Assembly: GCA_976226885.1 (NCBI GenBank)
Contig: OZ320319.1
Location: 78,864,001-78,928,000 of the forward strand
Reading direction: 5' to 3'
DNA length: 64,000 bases
Origin: Iphione sp. A-MEVVRFRX5
Taxonomy: Eukaryota
Below are positions 36,910-49,999 of this stretch, piece after piece. The first letter of the stretch is position 1; each line of letters starts with the position of its first letter. Below the pieces are notes generated by a model. It did not search any database and had not been told where the DNA came from. It saw nothing but the letters and a program-made list of their open reading frames with translations. The position numbers were made by a program, and so were the translations under genes.

Positions 36910-39440
36910 TATATCAAATATTCACAGAGTACAGGTATGTCATAACATTTCTCCATTTACCATAAAAACAATCATTCTGAAACCATCCAGGAAAACCAGA
37001 CAAACTTGCATCTGTGGTGAACACTACACTTAGCTTCATGGCTGTGATTATCTTTTTCTTGCAATTAAACATGTCCATGAATACCAGCCACCACTTCAAG
37101 TCATCTTCCACATGATCTGTCAAGCGCATACACTGATTCCTTCTCCCAAAGACTTGCAACCAACTGTATACACTCCTAGCATAAGTCCTGCCTCCTTTCA
37201 CAACTGATGAGCAATGGGCTAACATAACTGTAAGTTTTTCAATTTCTTTTTTCGGAAAGACACTCTGATCTAACTTCCCCACAATGGGAGATTTACATTT
37301 GCTCATTTTGTCATCCGGCAACTTCAATTCTTTATTAATTTTACAGAATCAACTAAAATTCCTGGGAAGCGGTACTCAATACTTGGTGGGATAAATTTGT
37401 TCCTTGATACTTTAAAACCAAATGTCTCTATTATCTCAATCATTTGATTGTCTAGCCAAAGACATTCCTGATATGTGGTACCAATGACAATAAAATCGTC
37501 CAGGTAGTTTACTACTCGACCACCTGAACGACTTACAAGTTCACATTTTATCAGCTCCGATAACCTTGAAAACAGATATGGCACACATTTCAAACCGAAA
37601 CACAAAGTGTTGTCCATAAAGTATTTTTCTTCACCATCTATCTTTCAACTAAATCCTTGAAAGGTTCTATGACCTGGATACACATAAACACTGGGGTATG
37701 CATTATTAAAATATCAATAACCATCATATACTCATTACTTTCCAACATTTTACCAACGTCATGTACTGAGTTGTAAATGAAAGCCTTGTGTGTTGTTAAC
37801 ATAAAATTATTAATCCCTTTTTTTCTCTGGCATGCAGCAGTCCATTATAGACCTGAGGGATCCATCAGGCTTACTTACTCTGCCTAACACATTACTGCAA
37901 CGAGGTTGGTTGACTACACATGAAATATAACCTGACTCCAGTTCATTCAAAAGTTTTGCTGTCATTTCTGTGGTGAACTTTTCTGTAAAAATAGAGTTAT
38001 AATTGCTACATTTGTACCTAGTTTCATGTTGATCATCAATGATCTTAAAACCTTTACTGACACCAAACCACAACAACTCTTCCTCACATTCTGACAAATC
38101 ACGTAATACAAGGGCTTTGACATCCTACAAGGGAGTAAATCAGTTTTTATATTGCCAACTCTATACTCACAGTCACAAATTACATCTAAACAGTCTTACA
38201 TTGATCGCATTACTACCATCAGCAGATATCAAAGTGCAAATATACTTCTCAATATTGATAGAACTCTTTACAGACACTGAATCAGACAAAGATGAGTTAG
38301 CAAAAATACTGACATCAATACAGTGCCAGTCAATGTCTTTCTCAACATCCAAACCATCAACTCGAGGAAGATGATCCTCACTAACCTGAATGTTGCAGTT
38401 CAACTACTGTTCATCAGAACTGCTAATTTTGTTCAGCAAATGCAAATAAACACAAATTTGTCATGCAATTCAACAACATACATGTCGTCCATCACCGGTT
38501 TCCCTGGTGACGGAGCACACCGTCACTGTTGTTTTGACCAAGCATTTAACGATGTAGTAGCAAGACAGTAATCTTTAATTTACCGTGACAATAATGCTAT
38601 GAAATCGTTAAAAGCAGTTCTAACTATGACAATAAATCATTTTCTAGTTAATGCTGGACATAATTTGTCAATTATTCATCATTTTCAACTTGCATGCAGC
38701 ATGTTTACAAAATCGTCATCTTAAATGTACGCTCTGCACATGTCTGCTCTATTAAAATCTGGGTCGAGCAGCATATTCTGTCTGACATCCTTGCTTTCTT
38801 GCCCTGCTTTCCTCTCAAAACACCTGCCATGGAATCCAATCTCATGTGCTTATGGATGAGTTCCGTGTCCCCATAGCAGAACATGTCCATTCCTTTTCTT
38901 GTTGCCTTCTTGCGCATATCTCTATCAAAGCTAATTAGGGCCTTGTGACTATATACCCTAGTTGATGCCTTAACAACCACAGATCATAAATGGTCAACAT
39001 ATGGCTGGACATTCTTACCTTTCATCATGAGTCGCTTGAGCAGACCTAGTCTGCCTACCATTATCTGCTCGAATGAATCAATCGACTTGCCATCAGTATA
39101 CCTCAAGATGTCCAACTTTCTGTGTTGTCTACCCTGTTTTTTTTGCAGTCTTGTCCCTCTTCTTCTCTGTCTCTTCAATCGTAATGTCAGAATCGGAAAA
39201 CTCTGATGCTTCACTGCTTAAAGAGAGTTCATCATTGTTCACCATCTTTTGCTTGCTTTTCATCTCGTCCTGCTTCACATTTACCAGCTGCTCAATCAAG
39301 CCCTCCGTTTGTGACAGTTTTTATCATAATTGTCTGGAACAGGCTTCTTGTCCAAAGAGGCTTTCAATGGCATCTATCACATTTTCCTCACAGGTGGGGG
39401 ATGATTACGTTTGCAACATCTGCAGTATTTACCCATTTTT
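36910..39440 (-). mobile_element. Decayed DIRS-order (Ngaro-like) retrotransposon: ORF1, RT, RNase H
   Basis: ORF1 start MGKYCRCCKRNHPPP (39436); LGRVSKPDGSLRSIMD; LCFGLKCVPYLF...NYLDDF; FTTDASLSG. No tyrosine recombinase seen (truncated). Confidence 0.7.
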
Positions 39441-39647
39441 GTCAGGTAACACTTAATATGTCTGCTTCAGTCAAAATTTTAGCCACGATGACAGTTGGTA
39501 TGGAACATATATACGTCCTAGAGATAACCAAAGTGTGTAGCTAAGAGACAAGTTGCCCATGTGATTAATATATTATTTATATATACTATATATATATTAA
39601 TATATATATACTATATATAAAACATATGCAGGTGCATATGAAAACCG

Positions 39648-39872
39648 ATGAATATCGATATGTATTTGTTAAATGATTCAATAGCAATACATTTTGGTGA
39701 AAACCTTCGCTATAAATTCAAAAATGGCAATTGTGATGATGGTTGTTCTACTATTATTGTTAGTGGTAGCACCTTTTGTAGATGTAAGTACGAATTTGTT
39801 GAAGAGCTACCAAGCAATAACAGGAAGCGTCCCATTGAGCAGTTAGTGATGAATGATTTAAGTGGTGATTGA
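39648..39872 (+). CDS. Orphan ORF, 74 aa
   Basis: ATG follows an AT/TATA-rich tract; uninterrupted; no family recognised. Confidence 0.3.
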   Translation: MNIDMYLLNDSIAIHFGENLRYKFKNGNCDDGCSTIIVSGSTFCRCKYEFVEELPSNNRKRPIEQLVMNDLSGD

Positions 39873-39885
39873 ATAATGTTGTTAA

Positions 39886-40314
39886 ATGATGTTGTTAAAA
39901 TTATGCATTGGTGCTCTCCTTGGTTTATGTGTTACACAGATTCATCATTATCTCGGTTTGCTAGATACTCTGGATCTCACTGGTTTTTATGGGTATTGGG
40001 ACATAGAAGGTGATCAAATAGGTTGTGATTACTATGGAAAGGTCCCAAGTTGTGAGTTGTTTGAGAAAAGCATTAATGTTTATAAGCCATGGCCAGTAAT
40101 GATTGCTTTAAAAAGGAGGTGTCAAAACGGAGGTAAAGTACTGTGCAATTGCATCATTTATAATATCCATCTGGTCTGTGAATATGTCAACACTAGAGAC
40201 AATGTTGTGGCTTATTCTTTATCAAGTTTTCCTGTTGTCATGAAAAATGATAATGTAAGATGGTATACAATGTCAGGAGAAACCTGTTGTCAAGAATTAA
40301 TCATTGCAGATTAA
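39886..40314 (+). CDS. Orphan ORF, 142 aa, signal-peptide-like N terminus, 10 Cys
   Basis: Starts 13 nt after the preceding ORF; hydrophobic N terminus MMLLKLCIGALLGLCV; uninterrupted in AT-rich DNA. Confidence 0.4.
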   Translation: MMLLKLCIGALLGLCVTQIHHYLGLLDTLDLTGFYGYWDIEGDQIGCDYYGKVPSCELFEKSINVYKPWPVMIALKRRCQNGGKVLCNCIIYNIHLVCEYVNTRDNVVAYSLSSFPVVMKNDNVRWYTMSGETCCQELIIAD

Positions 40315-40599
40315 GTGACAGGTTGGATCTACAAATGATGATATTAAAAGCTTCTTCTTTCGCTGAGAGAAATCTGAGGATTAGGAGAGGGTAAGGAGAG
40401 ATTCATTAATGTGGAAGGACAGGAAATACCCAGGGGGGATGTCTTGGATAAACTGAGTAAGTTTTATGTTGAATCAATACAATGGGTCGTAGACACCCTT
40501 CCAGCCCCCACAGCTGAATTAGTCAAAGCAGAGACATTGATTGGTTGGGTCTGTTCACAACCAGTGAGATACGAAAAGCAAAAAAATCAATAACAACTC

Positions 40600-40850
40600 A
40601 AATATCCCGGGAATCCCAAGCAAGGTTCTTAGAGATGCCTTCGTAACACAATTATACCAATAACACAATTGTAACAATAAGACAATTGTTCAACAACATC
40701 ATGAAGCCATGGAAATATATCAGTGAATGGAAAATAAGGACTGTAACTCCAGACCACAAGGGAGGGGACACCCATAATATCAAAAAACTACAGGCCTATA
40801 ATCACACTCTGGCTCCCTGGTAAGATATTTGAAAAAGTGTTCTGTATGAA
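40600..40850 (+). pseudogene. Small LINE RT fragment
   Basis: NIPGIPSKVLRDA and KGGD...NYRP-like traces, broken. Confidence 0.45.
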
Positions 40851-41099
40851 AAGTCAGGAAGGATGGGGGGGGGGGAAGCAAACTACTGGAGTCCTGTTAT
40901 GAAAATAGAGTTCTCATAAAGATTAGAATTCAAAGACAGACCAATTTGGTAGTAAACCAAGAGAGTAGGTAGTGGTTGTTTGTGATGATAAGAATTTTTG
41001 CCATTTGCATGGGTTGAAGCTGTTTTTTTCTATGGTTAGGGTCAATGGTTCAGACCATGTTTTCTCTTTCATTGAGGGAAGTGTTAAATATTACTTTGA

Positions 41100-42200
41100 G
41101 TATTAGAGGTTTCAGTCAGCACTTAAAGATGTTTATAAGATCAGAGGTGTTGTAAGTAGGGTTGCATCTCACTCATTGAGAAGGGGTTGGAGCAACTCAT
41201 ATGGCAAAGTTGGGCATGTCTTTACATTCAATTAAAACTAGAGGTGACTGGAAAATTGACATTGTTCCCTATATTTCACCTTCAGAAGGTCATTTGTTTA
41301 AGCAAAATCTTGTAGTTACTTCTTCTTTGGGGTTGGCCTGACAGTGTGTGTATATGATCTGTGATATATTCAGTATGCCAATCTCATCTGTCCTTGACTA
41401 TCCCTTCCACATTTACCCCAATAAACCAGGTCTGGCCCAGGATGGCGATACCACAGCTGCATGGGCAGAGTATTTTCTCAATTGAGCATTAAGTGGTTAG
41501 GTGGTAGTCTGTAGGTGGTAATGGGGATGGCCCAGAAGGCGGCCAACATAAATCACAAGGAAGGATTGCTCTCGTATGTCTTACTCTGTCTAAAGCAGTA
41601 TTCCAAGGATGTTGGTGCCACTAACTTCCAAGCTAACTCAATGTTGTAGCTAGGCTTTCCCAGCTTACACCCCAGGCTCTTCAATTTTTTGACATGCTGT
41701 GTAGGCTTAACCCCATTTGTAAACATTCCATCATTCAATTCTGAAAAATAGCTGTTTCAGGGATTTTGGTCCTAAACATTTGCTCACATGGCATACATTG
41801 ATGGCATGCCATAGTCTTTGTTGGAGACCCTAAGGTCCATAAGCTTGTAGAAAGCTCTCCTCCTTCTCCAAGTGATGCCTGAGCACCCCCTTGGGCCTGT
41901 TGGAACCTTCCTGCATTCAAGTGTAGTTGTTGCTGCTCCATACCAGAATCTGAGCTACTTACTGAGTCATCAATGGCACAGACTGTCAGTTCTTCTGCCT
42001 CTTTACTTCTCAATCTGCACTGCTTACTCTTTTGTTATGACAAACCATTGATGTTGCTATGCTTCTGTCCAGTCTGATATATGATCTGAATGTCATGAGA
42101 AAATACTTGGGCCACCTGTCCCTGCAGTTTGCTGAAGTTGCATAACCACTGCATGGGGTCACTTTACAGTATTTCACAGTTTGATCGTTATATTACAACT
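41100..42200 (-). pseudogene. Heavily deleted Gypsy RNase H-integrase remnant
   Basis: QWLCNFSKLQGQVA...DIQIIYQTGQKHSNINGLS and TTYRLPPNHLMLN*ENTLPMQL parallel the pol at 30780-31930. Confidence 0.65.
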
Positions 42201-44684
42201 GTCTTATAGATGGAACAAGTAAGCGAGAAGGTATATGACAGGTAGAGAGCAAGAAGAATGTGGTGTGATGTGACTGGGATGTAGTTATGAGTTTCAGGAT
42301 CAAAGCTTCATTGGATCAAAGGAGAATATAATCTTGATATGAAAGGGTAATAGAATCTTTTAGCTGATTATCTGACCAAAGTTGTTAATACATTCTCAAG
42401 TGAGAGAGACATTTTAAATTCAAAATAAAACAATGCTAACAAAAGAACGTATAAACAAATGATGTGAAAATTGCAAAGGGAAGCCTTTCTGCTGTTAAAG
42501 CTTAAAAGCATGTTTGACTGTATAGATGCAATAATAGAATGAGCATAAACTTCTAAGTAATATAGTTAATCTTCATTATGAAAATATTTACCACAAATTC
42601 CTGGCAAATATTTGAAGACAGATATCCATATCTTGGTATTTTATGAGTAAGTTTATAACCCATGCTTATAGACTAATAACTAATTTTATGGCACATGGAC
42701 TGTGCATAGAAAGATATCATGATTTCTTTTTCAAAACTGAACAAGAAATGCCTAATGATATGTCTGTTATAAATAAAGATAGAATGAAATATATTTCTAT
42801 GTATACAGTAGACATCATGTTTTCATTAACTACAAGTGAAAAGGAAATATTTGATGGTCAGTGTCTATGATATCAAATTCTTCACTAGAGATATACATTA
42901 TATAAAAAGGCAAATATATGTTAATCATTGTAGAAATGTTTGGAGAAATTGTTACAATAACATTTTGACCAATATTTACAGCATTCTTGTCTGATAAATA
43001 ATTATTTGTTCATCCATTCGTCTTTCACTTTAGGAGTTTACCAATATTGTAAATCCCTCATATCACATAAAAAATTCTCAAAGGAGAGCTTTACAAAACT
43101 TTTCACTTATTTGTACAGCAGAGTAACACTTTGTGGATTATCCTACAGCAATAATTGTGACAAAAGTCAAAGTAACAATGGTATCAATTTATTTGTTTAT
43201 GAATAAATCCTTCCATATTAGTGCAGATTTGAGGCTTCACTGAAATCTTTGTTCAAGGGTCAGCCAATGAGGCTACATATTAAAGAACAAGTGCCCCAGT
43301 CAAAACCAGGGACTGTGAATACAGCTTCACACCATACCATTTAATGTAAGCATGGTATATTGTTGATGGCATTATTTGCCAGTTACACATATATCTTACT
43401 ATTTAGTTGATTTCCCAACACCCATGTGAGCAACTTGCCTGTTGAAAGTCAGTTTTTATCTCCATCTTTAAGTATGTAGAGAGTTTATGGTCAATCTTCC
43501 AATAATTGACATTGAGAACACAGGTCAAAACAAAGATCAGTTTGAGTGAATTGACAGAGTTGGCATTGATAATAACTGTGAGATGAAACTAGGGCCTCTC
43601 TGAAAATAATTGATATTTAGTTGATGACTCAAATCTGTATATACAGAGAAATGCCAATCATATTTAACTAACATAGTTTGGCAGATCACAATACACCATG
43701 TGAAATTAAGGCAAATTAATATAAAACAGGTAAAGTTAGAATAGTATACAATATATTGGAGCAAAAGAAGAAATAAGAAGTTGTAATCCCCAAATGTTTC
43801 AGTACTAGATAGACACACAGGCCTAAGCAAAATGAAGGTGAAAGGCAAAGCTGGTTAACCTTTTGTGTTTATGGGCTTGTTACATCTGCCATAATCTGAA
43901 ATTAGCCATGAAGTAGGCAATTAATTTAGCCAGGTGTATGCATTGTAATGGATACATCTCTTATTTCTGAATTATATTCTCTATTTTCTCAGGTATTACA
44001 TCAAGATATTATACCTGACTATAGTTATAATACCACGCATATAGAAGGTTACTTGAAAAGAAAAGTCAATAAAATTATTTATCCAGGATAATAAAGAGTT
44101 ATATGACATAAAAAGGGTATATACATTTACATTTTTAGTACACTGTTTCAAAGACTAAATACTATTTTAAGTAATTATCCTGAAATGAGTTATTTAGAAG
44201 ATTATATCAAGATGGCACAAGAACTGTTTGTGAAAACAAAACGTGAGTCTTTAATCACACATTATCCAATGCAGCTAAATGTGGGAATTCCCAAATACCC
44301 TCTTATAATCTGGGGTTACAATGTGTCTTGTCAGATGAATTTTTCTTATCTGATATCTTAACATTAACTGTAATATTTGCTAAACTGTTGTTGTGTTGCT
44401 ACACATGGAATATAGGCTGAACAATGGGTTTGACTAAAGCCATTCTATTATGTTGTTTCTACAACAATCGTTAAAGAGTATGGGGTGAGTAAATCGACAG
44501 AACAACCATTTTTCTATCTTATTAAACCAGTCTACCAAACTATGTTATTTTAGTACTATTTTGTTTCATCTGTATTCCAGTGACAACAAGATACATTTAA
44601 GATCACATAATACATAATTCAGAATGTACAATTAATTTAGTTTAAATTCTGACCTTTGTTGAGCAAAATGGACCTCAAAGATTA

Positions 44685-45704
44685 CTAGAGGTCTTCATAT
44701 GCATAAAAATCATGACACAGTGTGTTCAATATAACAAAAAATGTAACAAGAAGACAACCAATTACTTCTAATATATTTTGTCGCCCACTTAAACCTTCTC
44801 TCACAAAAAAGTATTGCATTATCAGATGTATCATTGGTCCCAAGTTCACAAATGTTGCTGCAACTACTGCAGTTAACAATTGAATGGACATAATGTATGC
44901 TAATAGGCTTACAGCAGAGCTTACACAATGAAGCAAAATGAGAATGATCTGTTTTGAACTTAAGATCAATACTGGTTCTTCAATATATAAGGCTAACATT
45001 ATTGAAGATGGGAGTCCAATAATGGCTGAATAGAATAAAATGAGCATTGATCGTTTATTTTTCAAGGGAAAACTAATGAGAATAACATTAACTGCTTCAG
45101 TTATACCTGCACTAATAGCTACTAAACAACCAAGGATAAAATAGAGAATTTCATACCTGATTTTCAGACGCTGTGGAGAGTCATTAACTATTCTTCCATC
45201 TAATTCAATGATTGTGTTATTTGAAAAAACATTATGACTAAAGGGAATATAACCAATATTGAAATCTATCCAAGGTTGCACAAGTAATATGGTACCTGTG
45301 ATACATCCACAAATTGAAAGGAATGTGACACCTTGAATATGCTGTTCATAAAATATTCTGCAGATTACAGATGTTGCTATCATCAAAGATATGGAGAAAA
45401 TAGAAGATGCAGTGGAAATTGGCATTAGAGACACTACTGCAAAAAACAGCACTGAAAATCCAGCACTTGTAATGCCAACCCCTAGTAGAGGCAAGACATC
45501 CTTTCTTTCTATTCTTATAGATATATTTTTGATCCATAGTACAATGTAACACAGAATGAGTATTGCACAATATCTGTAAGCACTGAGCTGGAAATCTGGT
45601 ATTTTTCTCTCTAGTGCTTGTACTGCAACAGATGAGGAAGCCAGGATGAGTGCACTGAAAATAGCTAATATGGGGCCAATAATGACATTCTTGGTGATTT
45701 TCAT
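44685..45704 (-). CDS. EamA/DMT-superfamily (SLC35G-like) transporter, paralog 2, 339 aa
   Basis: Collinear with paralog 1 (roughly 60-65% identity by eye), same length and C-terminal YEDL; the same TTTTCTTTCAG acceptor lies 15 nt before the ATG. Confidence 0.85.
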   Translation of the reverse strand: MKITKNVIIGPILAIFSALILASSSVAVQALERKIPDFQLSAYRYCAILILCYIVLWIKNISIRIERKDVLPLLGVGITSAGFSVLFFAVVSLMPISTASSIFSISLMIATSVICRIFYEQHIQGVTFLSICGCITGTILLVQPWIDFNIGYIPFSHNVFSNNTIIELDGRIVNDSPQRLKIRYEILYFILGCLVAISAGITEAVNVILISFPLKNKRSMLILFYSAIIGLPSSIMLALYIEEPVLILSSKQIILILLHCVSSAVSLLAYIMSIQLLTAVVAATFVNLGPMIHLIMQYFFVREGLSGRQNILEVIGCLLVTFFVILNTLCHDFYAYEDL

Positions 45705-48700
45705 GTCTGAATAATTTGTCTGAAAGAAAACCCAGAACAGAAAACTAGAAAGTTTGTTTTCAACATCATGAACAAGAAAGAGTCTACAATTGAATATCAT
45801 CCATTTAATGCATTTTAAACATGAAGAGAGAGAATGAATTGACAGAGATATATACTATGACTTTTACTTGCTATTCTAGCCCTGTTTTAAAACAGGGCCA
45901 GAAAATTTTTCTTAAAAAATTGTATAAATGTGCAAATAATTTTACTCTTACCCTCGAAATGCTGATGGAATAGCGATTATTGTCCAAAGACGATGCTGGA
46001 GCAGTGACCTGGTACCTAAGTACAAGAAGTGAATATCCCATATCATACTACAGTCGAAACTCTATTTGTGACCACCATTTGATACCAAGCTCAAATGGTC
46101 ATATTGGGGAATTTTCTTGTAAATAGGTAACAATTCCTACAGAAACTATGATATGTGTTCCCATCTTAAACGGCCAGCAATGGGAAATGGCTGCTAATTG
46201 ATGTGGTGGAAAATTGGGGGCTGGAATGTAAATAAATTAATGTATAAAGAAATCTTAGTTGAGAGATGACTTCATACTAGTACTGTGCACATTAGTACTG
46301 TCCACTCTCCCTATCCATATGTTAATTTTAACTTGTACTTTGATTACAGGTATATTTTATCATTTGTAATAACCACAAAATGCAATATCAATACAAGAGT
46401 AGAACATGTCTTGTCAATATAGATAGCCTTCTAGTACTAAATGTTGGTGCAGATTAAGCCTTATCTGGCCCATCATCATGTCAGCTGGTTATAGTACGTC
46501 ACAGTACACTCTTTTTATGCCAAGGGTCATTAGGGTTTTGGTGACTTTAAATAGTCTTGTCTTCAGTGCTGTAAATTGTACTTGTCTCCTGTGCTTCAAT
46601 ACTTATACAATGAGACAGAGACAATGGCAGAAGCCCAGATCTGGAAACAAACCCAAATACTGAAAGACATTGTGAAAAAGCTCAAGAGGAAACAGCCAAT
46701 AAGACTGAGCATCACCAAGAGGATTAATACAAAGGCAAGCCATAAGGATAATAGAGACAAAGGTGGAGACAAACCAGGATGAATATGAGCACCAACATGA
46801 TATATGTGTAGCGGAGACATGCCATCATCTGCCAGATTCCTCACCATGTGGTGTGAGTATAGGCTAAGAATAGACATTGGGGTTGATTATTATTGAGTAA
46901 TCTGATGTTCAAGTATTGCGTAAGAGTGACCATGTGGTTGCTCCTGTAACTGCTCTGGTAATTTTAAAAGGAGCCACTACAGGAGCAACCAATCAGAAGG
47001 TTGCTGAGTTATTTTTAGCAACAGTCTAGACAGAATGTCAAACATTTACACAAAGATATCTGTGAGCAATGTAAGAATGAAAGACTGAAACACAAAGTTA
47101 ACTGATTATACTGAAAGAGTTGATACAGTCAAAAATAGATTATGTAAGTTGAAATTGACCGATGGTACATGGTGGCTGAGTAAAGTATTGTCTATATACA
47201 AACTATACATGATAAACAATAGTGGGATGTAGATCACAATACATTGCTCTTAATGTAGCTTATCACAGTAACTGGACTATCACAGCCTGGTCTCCAATTT
47301 AAAAAGGTTTTTCTCTCTATATTAAGTGTGTTCCTCTACACTATGGGTTTCTACACATAAGATTACTATTGGATATTTGTATTTACACAGGCTGTAGATA
47401 TGGTTGGAAATAACATCTTTATTATGGACAGTCACTGTAGGGGATTGCAAAAGTTTAAGGATATCTAGGATGGCACAGTACTGTAATATTGTTCCCACAT
47501 GCAAAAAACTTCACAGGTGATGAAAATTACCTGGATATAAATGAACGCCATACTCCAATGGCCACAGTGCTCCTAGCTAGAGGTAAACACACTACAACTC
47601 TACAAAAACATCTCTACAACGCTACGTTACAACTCTAAATGGCGACCACTCTTTCTCGCTGTACTTGTAATGTTCTATTCCATGATATATTATCTATATT
47701 TGAGCTGCTGATGAATAGCATTCAAACTATGACAAGCCTAAACTGTGCTATCATTTTCAAAATTCACACACAAGGAATTATATCATAAAATATTATATGC
47801 TAAACAGCTATACTGAGAGAATATTTCCTTGAGAATACAACCCATCCTTAAAGATAGTCGTTGCAGTTAACCAATAAATATCTCCATACAGAGAAATTGA
47901 TATACTTAGAACCTCAGCATATAGAGCTGGACATTAGATGCTGGAGGAACAGATCATGTAGACTCCAATCCAAGCCTATCCGACCTATAAGCTATGGGGT
48001 TGTGACATTTGCAATTCCCGAATAATCATTGTTTAAACCTCCATGTCTATTGCAAATATAGCTTGGACGGCACCGCTCCGTCGACACAGTAGTTTCACAC
48101 CCTTTACCACAAGATTGTTGTTACTCAGATGATAGTTTGGTCCATCTATGGCTGCACTTGACTAGATAGCCATTAAACACAATCGAATGAAGGGAATTGT
48201 TACTTACAATGTACACAACTTACCAACAAGTGTTTGATCTGCTTTCTCTCTTGCAAAGTGAGTCAGTGGACACGGGTCGTGTAACTGACCGGTTTATGGG
48301 TTTGGGGGTCCAATTCAGGTGGCTGTTGCGGCATGTCCATTAAGAGTACACATATATGTTTATTGCCATTGTGAACCTCTCACTGAGAGCTGTCAATATT
48401 TTTGCACCGTACAATCTTGTGTGTACTATCATTGGATAGCTCTTGTTGAAAACTTTCTGTTGGTGTAGGAATGACTTCTATTATCCTCAATCTGCATGAA
48501 CATAAACATCTAAGATGGGGAATTCCCACTCCCTGGCTGGGAGGGAGCCCCTAGTGACCTCATCACAGTGGGAAATGGCCTACTTTAACGACCGACAGGT
48601 AGGACTGCTGATGTAGTCCTCTTCTAGGGTGGCTAACAAGGGTGGGTAACGGCCCACTGAAATTGCATTGCATAATATAAACAAAGGTGGGCCAGAGGCG

Positions 48701-49999
48701 GCCATTTTACACCACTATCATGTCATGAGTAAAACCTCATCATATGCATATTAGCTCACGGTTGGCATCAATTATCAACTTGAAACTGGTGAAAGGTTTC
48801 CCTGGAATTTGCTGGGGGTTATAGGCCGAAAGGCTTGCCGGCCGTCAGTGAAAGATCCTCTAGTAAGCTAACAGAACAATAAGACTGGTGGACATTTTCA
48901 TATTAAGGTTATTACATAATGAAATTGTTCAAGAAAAAGGTGTATGCTTTGTTAATAGCTTTCTGTGGCAACTGAATTTTGCCATTTCTTTAATGAATGT
49001 AATGCTTGAAATACGTTTCATTTCCTGGGAGCTGTGAGTAGACTACTGTTAAAAGAAAGTCGAATCGCATGGGCGAACACTGCGGTTGTACACACAGGCT
49101 GGGGGACTGAGAGTGACGATATAATCCCGTCCGGGTGCAACACTGGATGTGCTGGATGCTTGGATTCAATTGACAAACTTTACAGATGAGCACCCTGTTC
49201 ATCGATGTACTGTTGAGTCTGCGAAATTACAAAACGTATTTGTGTAAATGGACGGAAAAGGCATGAGCCCAGATATGATGGTATTGAACAAATAATAGAA
49301 ACTTTTCAGCATAAGCTAGTTTAAATTCTTTCACTGCACCTCAAGACAGTTACACCTAGCAGACTTCTGCACTTGGAGTGAACCAGATATTTCCTGCTTG
49401 GACTTAATTCATTTTCCTCTGGTGCTTACCATCACCTTCTGAGACAGGTTCATGTTGTAATACTGACTAGGACTATGTTAGCCATATAAATAGATTCCAG
49501 GATGAATAGCAGACATAACATATAGTGATGTATGAATGCAAGCAAAGCAGTGGATCTGTCACAAGAGGTAGGGTCATCCATAAAATGTCCATTTATTGGT
49601 CCGCCATCTAAAAGGAGAACAATAACACATGTCTAGGATGTTGTAGTCTAGTTAAAAGACCTCTACATATTTCATCTTAAATTATAGTGTTCAGGTAACA
49701 TTAGAATCAACTGGAATGTCATAGTTTGGATAGGTTAGAAAAAATTATAAAACGTAAAATTTATTCATTTTTTTCTGTTTTTCGCTGTTTTCATGCCCTC
49801 CAGGATCATTCAATCCTTTATGGCATATACAGAGTCTGTGTTCTAGTCTTGTTCAAGACTGCTACTACTGGTTCTTTATTGGGTACATATTCGGTTCCTT
49901 TACCATCAGCATATTTACAGGTGACCAGAGTGATGAATTATGAAGTATGTGATAAATGATGTATATATGGTACTCCTTGCTACCACTTATACATAAAAA

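Noticed and set aside
46935-46988. 13-bp inverted repeat GGTTGCTCCTGTA/TACAGGAGCAACC
   Set aside because: Isolated small hairpin with no supporting element structure.
47900-49230. Possible decayed exons on the minus strand, and GGCCGAAAGGC/CTGATG as a hammerhead-like core
   Set aside because: Frames contain stops and match nothing I recognise; the ribozyme core elements are far apart and lack the required stems.
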